A stretch of DNA of 64,000 nt, from the IMG/VR virus record IMGVR_UViG_3300035698_027961, positions 1 through 64,000 of that record; one strand, written 5' to 3'. Of this stretch, positions 36,088-44,398 are shown piece by piece. The DNA is from a virus. The position numbers were made by a program, and so were the translations under genes. The notes under the pieces are model-generated. The model had not been told where the DNA came from. It made no database searches and was given only the letters and a program-made list of their open reading frames with translations. Numbering within the stretch: the stretch's first letter is position 1; every line of letters begins with the position of its first letter.

Positions 36088-36694
36088 CTTTTCTTACCAT
36101 GTAGATTGTTTTAAATATTCGTTCAAATGCTAAGCCGTGAGAGTTAATTTTCTTTAAAAATTCATGTAATTCTTCCTCGGTATCCCTCCTGATGCCAAAC
36201 CTAGAGATATCCATGATGACGCATCCATGGCTCTTAAATGATTCTAGTAGCTTATCGGTATTTTCATTATTATAGGTTGAGACGAAATTAAATGTTATTA
36301 ACAAATCGTACAGATTACTATTTGGAAATCTATCCAATAATAACTTAAACTTGCCTGCATTTTTGAATTTATTAGAAACCATTGACTTTAAATGCTCTGA
36401 ATCATCCAACCTATCCTTTCTGACCTCAATACCTGTAACATTATTAAATCCCAAAGCCGATAGTGCAATAGGTATCTGGCCCATGCCGCATCCAGGTTCG
36501 CATATTGCAGCATTCTTATCAAACTCCTCGCTAATGAATTTGATTATTTCTATTTCGGATTCCCCGAGAGCCATTCCTTGCGAAATTTTTGTAGAGTAGT
36601 AGTTATCGAAAGCTTCTCTAGTCTCACATATATGCTTGATCTGTTCGGTCATAATCTCATTTATCTTTTTAATTTTTTGCATCCCCATCACCAT
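36080..36694 (-). CDS. Class I SAM-dependent methyltransferase
   Basis: ICEPGCGMG and VTGIE. Confidence 0.8.
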   Translation of the reverse strand: MVMGMQKIKKINEIMTEQIKHICETREAFDNYYSTKISQGMALGESEIEIIKFISEEFDKNAAICEPGCGMGQIPIALSALGFNNVTGIEVRKDRLDDSEHLKSMVSNKFKNAGKFKLLLDRFPNSNLYDLLITFNFVSTYNNENTDKLLESFKSHGCVIMDISRFGIRRDTEEELHEFLKKINSHGLAFERIFKTIYMVRKVD

Positions 36695-37790
36695 TATCCA
36701 TAAAGCTTAGAGCTTTAAATACTTCATCTGAAGTTACATATTTTAAACTAACACGAGAGCCATATGCTATCTTGCTTAATTTGTCAAAAATACTATTGAT
36801 ATTATCATCTAATAGCGGAAATTTATATTCCCCATCAACCTCGTACTCTGAAGAAAGACTGTGCGAATATGTCTTGAAAAATAATGTGCCGTTAATGATG
36901 GGTGAGCCTGCGATCATATCATAAATAAACTTACCATGGTTTGATATATTTTCGGCTACAACGTCAGAGTAATTATCAATAGAGCTAGTCGGGTGCTTTA
37001 ATCTTGAGTTCCAAATCGTAATCCTGTTCTTAACCATAACTTTGCTACCAAAATTTATAGCCATCGGATCCGAATTAATATAGTCGTAAGACCGCCATAT
37101 TGAGGGGGTTAGGCATGAAAAAGGACTCCTTATGTGAGGATCGCATTTCTTACGACCAGCCGGAAAAGTAAAGTCGGCACTGCAGCCGGCCCTTCTTAGT
37201 ATATCTAACTCACCCTCCAGCTGACAAACTCTTCTATCTGAAGCATTGAGGCCCCACTTTCCATGAACGAAGTGCCATGTTTTAAAGTCCCTTCCGGTAT
37301 TGTTCCTTAGAAATCTAAGGCACATATTCAAATAAAGCGAAAACCTCTTTTCATCATCGGTCATAGTTCCTGCGTTAATAAGTTCTCTTATCTTCGCATC
37401 CCTTGCCGGCTCCTCACTTCTGGTAAAATGCTCATGATGAATGTGCAGCTGAATGTCCATCTTTGTCTCTTCAGATATTTTCTTTAGAATTTTTCCAGAA
37501 CTAATCGTGATATCATTTTCTACAAACCCAATGGAGTCATCTTCAAAGAAATGGCCAGAGCCATCATCTTCGTCTCTAGATATTACAGCAAAAGTTGGTC
37601 TAAAAAATAGACTCATCTTTCTAGTATGTTTCTGAGAATTAGATTTCTCTATGAAAGAATCTATATGCCTTTCCTCAATAATTTTATTCGAGTCTAACGT
37701 TGTTGGTTCAAAATGATCTATATGAAAGCATAATATTTTCTTAATTCCTCTTGAATATAGTAAATCAGAAATTTCTTTATCCGTGTACAT
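36669..37790 (-). CDS. His-rich putative metallo-hydrolase (polysaccharide deacetylase-like)
   Basis: HIDHFEP, QLHIHHE, FVHGKWGLN and GCSADFTFP. Confidence 0.5.
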   Translation of the reverse strand: MYTDKEISDLLYSRGIKKILCFHIDHFEPTTLDSNKIIEERHIDSFIEKSNSQKHTRKMSLFFRPTFAVISRDEDDGSGHFFEDDSIGFVENDITISSGKILKKISEETKMDIQLHIHHEHFTRSEEPARDAKIRELINAGTMTDDEKRFSLYLNMCLRFLRNNTGRDFKTWHFVHGKWGLNASDRRVCQLEGELDILRRAGCSADFTFPAGRKKCDPHIRSPFSCLTPSIWRSYDYINSDPMAINFGSKVMVKNRITIWNSRLKHPTSSIDNYSDVVAENISNHGKFIYDMIAGSPIINGTLFFKTYSHSLSSEYEVDGEYKFPLLDDNINSIFDKLSKIAYGSRVSLKYVTSDEVFKALSFMDNGDGDAKN

Positions 37791-38878
37791 TATATTATTC
37801 CGTTTATACTTCTTAGCAGAGAGCCGAAATCATGGTTAATTTCTACTCTACTCTCTGACTTTATCAGTGACGCTGACTTTTCAACCCACTCATCTACATC
37901 ATATATATCACTACAAACAGAGCTATCAGGATATAGTTCGCTCCATCCGCAATTATTAGAAACTAAAATATTTGAACCTGCCATAATTGCCTCCTTAATA
38001 ACGTTCGGAGAGGCGTCGTAATATGATGTGCAAATAACTAATTTTGAATTTTGAATTATTTTAATAACTTCAGTTTGATTCATCAGGTTATACTTTTTGC
38101 AGTTACTAACTCCTGCAAAAATATTGCTCCCTTCACCTATAACTACTTTTTTATTGCTTTTGAACGATTTATTTGACATCAATTTTAAAGCCAACTTTGA
38201 ATTTTTAACTGGCCTATTTAGATTAGAGCATATGAACGCTATGTCTATTTCCCTATCTGAGAATTTTTTCCCAATTTCTATTTTATGATTAAATGCCATA
38301 GATGTATCTATCGGTTGCTTAATTTTTTTATTTTTCCCGTAGTTCTTAATTAGTATTTTTGATGCCTGATGGCTATTGGGAATTACTAAGTCTGCCTTTT
38401 TAACACAGGATGCCTCGGGAGCAAAAAATAAAGGTTCCATTCTTGATTCTGTATAGCTGACGGATGATATATTTCTAGATGATAATTCAGACATCTGTGG
38501 CGAACCTGTTACTAGATAAACATTTTTTACCCCAGGAAACATAGGCCCTGAAATAACCGGGGCAGCATAGTTTTTTGACAAAATTATATCAGGAGTACCC
38601 TTCAGATACTTTTCAATTATCTTTACAGCCATCTGTTTACTGTCTCTATCGCCAATTCTAAAAACTCCACCTATGTTGTCTATATCTACAACCACGTCTT
38701 TGTTTTCAAAGAAAATACAGGCAACGGTGTGGCCGTGAAATCTTAGATACTTTACTAAAGCATAAGAGTTTGTAGCTGCGCCACCATAATAAGGATACTG
38801 AGTGCTAGTAATTAATATTTTAGACATTATATTTTTATAAACTCGATAAAAGCTCGACTTCTTAATTCCCATGACCAA
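37790..38878 (-). CDS. Glycosyltransferase, GT4-like
   Basis: PYYGGAA, IPNS, RPVKN and TSYYDASPNVIKEA. Confidence 0.85.
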   Translation of the reverse strand: MVMGIKKSSFYRVYKNIMSKILITSTQYPYYGGAATNSYALVKYLRFHGHTVACIFFENKDVVVDIDNIGGVFRIGDRDSKQMAVKIIEKYLKGTPDIILSKNYAAPVISGPMFPGVKNVYLVTGSPQMSELSSRNISSVSYTESRMEPLFFAPEASCVKKADLVIPNSHQASKILIKNYGKNKKIKQPIDTSMAFNHKIEIGKKFSDREIDIAFICSNLNRPVKNSKLALKLMSNKSFKSNKKVVIGEGSNIFAGVSNCKKYNLMNQTEVIKIIQNSKLVICTSYYDASPNVIKEAIMAGSNILVSNNCGWSELYPDSSVCSDIYDVDEWVEKSASLIKSESRVEINHDFGSLLRSINGII

Positions 38879-39738
38879 TTCTGTTCTATTTGGTCTCGAA
38901 GATAAATTCCATTTTTAGAAACCTGCTCACTGGTGGTTGAAATGATGGTCTTTTTTAATGCAGCTTCTGTTGAGACGATTGCTATGTCTTTATTCCTATT
39001 AATTAGCTGAGGAACATTTCCAACATTGGTTGATATAATGTTTCTACCACATGATGCCGCTTCAAGAATTGGATTTGGTGTTCCCTCGGAAGTGCTAAAG
39101 CAAATTAATGTGCCTATCGAGTTATAAAATTTATTCATTTCTTGACGGCCGTATCCACTCTTATGAGTCGCAATCTTAAGTGTTGATTTAACATCTTTTA
39201 ATGCAAATATTTTTTCAATTACATCAAATCTCTTCACATCCCTATCACGATTTCCAACCCAACCAAAAACACTAGCATACTCTGATGGATCGCTGATGGG
39301 CTTAAAAAAATCTGATTCGACGCCAAAGGGAGTATTAAATATTTTTATACCAAGGCTAGCGCATGGCTGCTTAAACTCATTATACAAATAATTACTCGAA
39401 GTACTTATTGCGTCATATATAATAAAAGACTTAGCCATCTTATCAGCCTTCGGTCTTCCGACATGGCTTGATACGGTAGTAATTAACCTATAGGATCTCT
39501 TGCCTCTGGGATCTAGATACTTATTTATAATTCCATATATTGGCCAGTTTAGAAGATAAACTATGTCGAACCCGTCTAGATCGGACCTTGACTTAATCTC
39601 TTTAAAGTGAGTTATTTTGCTTGTATGTTCAGGAAGGTACTTAACCAGTGCATTTGCCCTGCTTGATAATGCCCAATTATAACTATCAACTACATAGAGT
39701 ACATTTTTCATACGGCATCGCCAAGAACTGACTCCCAC
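38827..39738 (-). CDS. Glycosyltransferase, GT4-like
   Basis: PFGV, GWVGN and STSEGTPNPILEAASCG..IISTNVG. Confidence 0.88.
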   Translation of the reverse strand: MGVSSWRCRMKNVLYVVDSYNWALSSRANALVKYLPEHTSKITHFKEIKSRSDLDGFDIVYLLNWPIYGIINKYLDPRGKRSYRLITTVSSHVGRPKADKMAKSFIIYDAISTSSNYLYNEFKQPCASLGIKIFNTPFGVESDFFKPISDPSEYASVFGWVGNRDRDVKRFDVIEKIFALKDVKSTLKIATHKSGYGRQEMNKFYNSIGTLICFSTSEGTPNPILEAASCGRNIISTNVGNVPQLINRNKDIAIVSTEAALKKTIISTTSEQVSKNGIYLRDQIEQNWSWELRSRAFIEFIKI

Positions 39739-40628
39739 GATGATATAAAATCCTTGATGTGAAAATGCTTAATAGCTATTTCGCGAGCTGAGTTGCCAAA
39801 ATCATTTCTCATCATAGATGAGCCAAGAAGTCTCTTTATTTCCAGAACTATTTCTTTATCATCATTTGATAAAATAGCGTTCTTTTTATGAGCAAAGTAC
39901 TTAGATATTTCGTAATTATTTGTAGATACAATTGGCATTCCGCACATAGCTGCTTCGGCTCGACTTCTCGGCATGGCGGAAGAGTGAGTTGGATTAAAAT
40001 ATACACTGTAAGAGTTATATATTCTTATCAGCTGTTCAAAATCTTCAGCCTGTCTATCTACTTTATATAGATCCAGGTTGCCATGCCCAACTACGTCAGC
40101 TATCTGAAGTTTGGAAGAAACCCTATCCCATAGCGGAAATCCCATAACATGAGATCTTGACCTGAAAGCATTTGCTACTGTAAGAATTCTTTTATTTTTT
40201 TCCAAATTTAAATTACAAAATTCTTCAGGATCATATCCATGAACTATATAATAGTGCCTTTTATCTGGAAACTTTTTGCTGTAGTTAGTCATAACATCGA
40301 GAGAGTTCCACACAACATGCCGACAGTAGCTAGGTATGTCAAATGGGGTGGTGGTTTGAACTACCGCTATAGGAACTGCACCTTTCTTAACGAAGTATGA
40401 AACTCTTTCACGCTGAACTGGAGATCTGACAATAACTACATCAAAATTTTCATCTCTTAGGCTTGCCTCATCGGATAATGTTATATTTTCATTAAGAGGT
40501 CGGTGTTTTTCGTTCCAGCTTGGAATCTTTTTATTTGCACCAACCAAGCATATATCATGATTTATTTTGGCAAATTCTCTCTGATGCCCCTGATGAACAT
40601 ACCAGTCTAAAATCTTAAGTCTTGTCAT
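39708..40628 (-). CDS. Glycosyltransferase, GT4-like
   Basis: VHGYD and YFNPTHSSAMPRSRAEAAMCGMPIVS. Confidence 0.8.
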   Translation of the reverse strand: MTRLKILDWYVHQGHQREFAKINHDICLVGANKKIPSWNEKHRPLNENITLSDEASLRDENFDVVIVRSPVQRERVSYFVKKGAVPIAVVQTTTPFDIPSYCRHVVWNSLDVMTNYSKKFPDKRHYYIVHGYDPEEFCNLNLEKNKRILTVANAFRSRSHVMGFPLWDRVSSKLQIADVVGHGNLDLYKVDRQAEDFEQLIRIYNSYSVYFNPTHSSAMPRSRAEAAMCGMPIVSTNNYEISKYFAHKKNAILSNDDKEIVLEIKRLLGSSMMRNDFGNSAREIAIKHFHIKDFISSWESVLGDAV

Positions 40629-41725
40629 ATTTTTATAATCTCCATCTCTATAAGTTTTGATACATTTTCAACGCTCATAGAATTTGCAATTTCGGAACAT
40701 AAAGTACCTTTATCTTTATATTTTTTATGATTGATATATACATCTTTTAGTAATTCGGACAAGTGCAACTCGCTTGGATATGCCCACCTCTGATAATTTC
40801 CATATAGGTGGGACCACTCCATATCTGATACGGGGCCCAGGTTATGATTTATAATGTGGGCAGAATTATTATCCAGGTATTCCGTAACGCCGCCATACTT
40901 GGTTGTCACAATCTGCTTACCCATTCTCATAGCGTCATGAATGGGCATGCCCCAGCCCTCACCATGATGCGGGGCAACATAGCAGTCTCCAGTATTATGA
41001 AGCATCTTAATAAATCTGCTGGAAATAACCTTGCTTGAAAGATATATGGGTGGATAGTATTTTAAATTAAGCTCTCTCTTTAAATTTATGATATCTGGCC
41101 TTATCAAGTCTTCTGTGTGCCCGGCTATATTTAGAGGGTTTACTTTTAATATTAAGATAACATCGTCTTTTTTAGAAAAAGCTTTATAGTACGAGCGAAG
41201 TAGGGTCTTCCAATTCTTTCTATTCTGCCATTGAAATATTGAATAAAATTTATAAGTCTCATCGCTAACTACGTAATCTCTTGAAAAGCCTGACGGAATT
41301 TGAATTTTCTCTTTAGCTGTCCAGTCGTTACATGGCGTTGGAATTACTTTAATCTCACCCCTGTACTTTGAAGCTATGCAGGCTTCTTTAACTAATTCGC
41401 ATGGAACCCACAATTCGTCGACCTGATTAATACTATGAGACCACGACCTAGGAAGCCTGTCAGCTTCCCAATAAAAGTAGCCAACCTTATAAGAATTACT
41501 CTTATGCCTGTTATATGGTGGGCAGTGAAGATAAAAGTCTATTTCAGTTTTTCCCTCATAATTATTTAGCTTAGATATGACCGAATTTTTGTCACTTACG
41601 GGTGATAGTTGAAATTTTGTATTTACGCTCGAAATAGCAAAAGCTTTTGCAAAGTTAGCAACAGCGTTGCCATAACCCGTATGAGAGCTTAATGGGCCAA
41701 AAAATCTAACCGCCTTCATTGCCAC
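40625..41725 (-). CDS. Glycosyltransferase, GT4-like
   Basis: TGYG, WE, RKNW..LL and PHHGEGWGMPIHDAM. Confidence 0.88.
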   Translation of the reverse strand: MAMKAVRFFGPLSSHTGYGNAVANFAKAFAISSVNTKFQLSPVSDKNSVISKLNNYEGKTEIDFYLHCPPYNRHKSNSYKVGYFYWEADRLPRSWSHSINQVDELWVPCELVKEACIASKYRGEIKVIPTPCNDWTAKEKIQIPSGFSRDYVVSDETYKFYSIFQWQNRKNWKTLLRSYYKAFSKKDDVILILKVNPLNIAGHTEDLIRPDIINLKRELNLKYYPPIYLSSKVISSRFIKMLHNTGDCYVAPHHGEGWGMPIHDAMRMGKQIVTTKYGGVTEYLDNNSAHIINHNLGPVSDMEWSHLYGNYQRWAYPSELHLSELLKDVYINHKKYKDKGTLCSEIANSMSVENVSKLIEMEIIKI

Positions 41726-41728
41726 CTC

Positions 41729-43252
41729 CTATACATATTCGCCTTGCAATATATCTATACTTTTATCGACCTGTGTATATCGTGTCCCTACGGATTCGAG
41801 AATGTCAATAAAGCTTTTCTGTATTGTTTTTATATCGTGATTCCCTGCAACATAATTTCTTGCCGACATAATAACATCCAGCCTATCTATGTTTTTCAAT
41901 ATTAATTCAGCATCCACTTTGGCATCCCCAGATATTGCGAAACATGTTTTGCCATCAGTGAGTATGTCCGGAATGGCGCCGACCATATTTGAAAAGACTG
42001 GAACCCCAGAAGACATAGCTTCCAATATTGATATGGGTGTCCCCTCCATATTAGATGCTAAAACGAAGGCATCAAAAGATGGAACATATTCGTGAACATT
42101 ATTTTTATGCCCTAGAATTTTAAAGTTACTTAGATCTTTTGCTAAAATCTTTAGCGATTTTCTTTCGGGTCCATCACCTATAACCACTATGGTATCGTTT
42201 TTTAAAACTTTAGCTAAGTCTATAAGATACTCTATATTCTTTTCTTTAGATAGCCTGGCCACCGTTCCTATAACACTCCCATTGAAATTTGATAAGTAAT
42301 TATTTTTTACATCAGACGGATAAAATAAATCAGAATCTATTGGTATTGGCAACACAGATCTCTTGAATTCCCCACTTATGTTGGCGGCTAATGATTTGGA
42401 TACCACAATCATATGTTCAAGCTCTTCTCTCGATGTTACCTTTGATAAAGAGCCTGACCATTCAAAATCGCTGTGATAAATCTCCATCAGGTAACTTGAT
42501 ATTTTGCCCTCTTTCTTAAGAGCAATCATCCTTCTATAAATATCCTCACTGTTATAATACAGAACTATATCATAGTCATTGGATATCATGTGACCTGGCA
42601 AATGCACCGGGGACTTTAATAGTACGTGAGATACATTATCCTGCGTGATTAAATTCTGAAGATTGTTTTGCCTGAGATAGACAATCACGAAGTCAATCGA
42701 GTTAGTTTCGGAAATTAAGTTCTTAATATATATCTCTGCTCCGCCACAAATTTGATACGGAACAATAAAGCAGACTTTTCTTTTAAACTTTTCTGATGCC
42801 ACGATATCTAATACATGGGCGTTTTTAGCTATTTGTGGTTCAGACTCCTTACTTAATATGGCTTTTTTTATTTTTTCAGCCACGTCTTCTTCTTGAGATA
42901 TAATAATTCTTCCTATCTCTACGCTTCCGTATATATTCCTGTCTCTAGATATTCTAATTATACACTGCCCGTAATTCTTTTTGACATTCATACTTGCAGA
43001 AAAATTGGCCAAACTTGTGCCAAAATTAATTTCTTGGCTTAATATGATATCATTTTGCCCACTAAGAATCTCTAATAATATCTTGCCATTACCGGATCTC
43101 TTTTTGCCCATGATTTTGATCATATGCTGGCCTGATTTCAAATTAATATCATGATAAAAGCTAGAGGACTTTAGCGCAAGAATACTGTTGCCTCTAATTT
43201 CAAAACTTTTACCAATCCATTTTTTTGCATCTATAGAGTCAAATACTTTCAT
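41729..43252 (-). CDS. Glycosyltransferase, GT4-like, with an N-terminal beta-sandwich domain
   Basis: GGAE, VARLSKEKN and ASNMEGTPISILEAM. The ~120-aa beta-rich N-terminus may bind carbohydrate. Confidence 0.88.
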   Translation of the reverse strand: MKVFDSIDAKKWIGKSFEIRGNSILALKSSSFYHDINLKSGQHMIKIMGKKRSGNGKILLEILSGQNDIILSQEINFGTSLANFSASMNVKKNYGQCIIRISRDRNIYGSVEIGRIIISQEEDVAEKIKKAILSKESEPQIAKNAHVLDIVASEKFKRKVCFIVPYQICGGAEIYIKNLISETNSIDFVIVYLRQNNLQNLITQDNVSHVLLKSPVHLPGHMISNDYDIVLYYNSEDIYRRMIALKKEGKISSYLMEIYHSDFEWSGSLSKVTSREELEHMIVVSKSLAANISGEFKRSVLPIPIDSDLFYPSDVKNNYLSNFNGSVIGTVARLSKEKNIEYLIDLAKVLKNDTIVVIGDGPERKSLKILAKDLSNFKILGHKNNVHEYVPSFDAFVLASNMEGTPISILEAMSSGVPVFSNMVGAIPDILTDGKTCFAISGDAKVDAELILKNIDRLDVIMSARNYVAGNHDIKTIQKSFIDILESVGTRYTQVDKSIDILQGEYV

Positions 43253-44343
43253 GATAATTCCAGTATCTTTCTTGCGGCGTTTTCCCAGGTAAATTCATTG
43301 ACCGTTTTGTCCGCAGAGTCTCTAAAGTTTTCAAATAGGTCTTTGCTTTTATATGCGGAAAGCATAAGCTCTGCAAGATGATCTTGCTTAGGGATAAATG
43401 TTTTTGCACCCTCACTGGGAATCCAATACTGGTATCTTGCGTCTGCCTCTATTTCAGAAACATCACATAGTAAAGAATTTGAATCATTAAGAAAGTCTAA
43501 TTGGCCTGTACACCTTGGCGCTATAACTAGCTTCTTTGCGGCCAGTGCTTCCAGCATTGGCATACCGAAGCCTTCTGATGATGAAGCGCTGACTAGAGCG
43601 TCACAGGCATTGTATAAGGGTGTCATACTCGGAAGCCTATCACGAACTACCTCTACAGACGGGAGGCCTCCTGGCCTGCCCATATGCCTCTTCTGGGCAG
43701 AGATAATTATATCCCTAACATTAACCTCGAATTGATATTTTCGCTTGCTGGGTTCAAGCTTGGTCTTAAGAACTAGGCAGGTATCGTCCTGGTCTGAAAA
43801 TGCAGAGTAATAAGCGTTAAGAACTACGTCGATATTTTTTCTATAATGAGGTATCGATATATTTAAGAATTTAAATCTACGCCCTGAGCTCAGCCTATAC
43901 TCAGAATTATCTTTAAAATCCTCAATATTAATTCCATGTGGAACTACTATGCATTTTTCCTCAGGCCATCCGGCCTTGGTAAAGACTTCCTTGGAGAAGT
44001 TACTTGACGGAAGAACGAAGTCTACAAATCGGTGACTACCTTTCCAGTGCTCGGGAAGTATGTCGGTCTCATAGTTATAAATAGCCATCTTATTCTTGGA
44101 TGACTTTCTAAATCTAGATTCAAAATTTCTAGGAAGTGTATAACAAATATCTATGTCTGGGTTACTAAGCTCTTTATCTAGTCTAACCATAAGTTCTTTT
44201 GGAATTAATGAAGTTCCATTGGTTGATTTTAAATACAAATTATGATTTAGCCTTCTAAACTGAAGCAATATATTTCTCATGACAACCGACCATGAGTGGT
44301 CAGTCCCCAGCATAGTACAAGATCTTATATTCATCAGGTCCAC
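43249..44343 (-). CDS. Glycosyltransferase, GT4-like
   Basis: VPHGI, RKNID, SSSEGFGMPMLEA and FTWENAA. Confidence 0.9.
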   Translation of the reverse strand: MDLMNIRSCTMLGTDHSWSVVMRNILLQFRRLNHNLYLKSTNGTSLIPKELMVRLDKELSNPDIDICYTLPRNFESRFRKSSKNKMAIYNYETDILPEHWKGSHRFVDFVLPSSNFSKEVFTKAGWPEEKCIVVPHGINIEDFKDNSEYRLSSGRRFKFLNISIPHYRKNIDVVLNAYYSAFSDQDDTCLVLKTKLEPSKRKYQFEVNVRDIIISAQKRHMGRPGGLPSVEVVRDRLPSMTPLYNACDALVSASSSEGFGMPMLEALAAKKLVIAPRCTGQLDFLNDSNSLLCDVSEIEADARYQYWIPSEGAKTFIPKQDHLAELMLSAYKSKDLFENFRDSADKTVNEFTWENAARKILELS

Positions 44344-44353
44344 CTTAAGACAA

Positions 44354-44361
44354 ATAATACC
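44354..44361 (-). promoter_or_regulatory. Putative promoter motif GGTATTAT heading the glycan cluster
   Basis: Member of the recurring GGTAHTAT set. The inverted repeat AAAGTACT-TT-AGTACTTT lies just upstream at 44382-44399. Confidence 0.5.
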
Positions 44362-44398
44362 TTGGCGGCCTAAAAAACTCTAAAGTACTTTAGTACTT

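Noticed and set aside
24652-44343. T4-like DNA glucosylation or uracil-substituted DNA as the explanation for the cluster
   Set aside because: No hydroxymethylase or TET/JBP gene is present in the window, and an intact UNG argues against uracil DNA. Genes elsewhere in the genome cannot be excluded.
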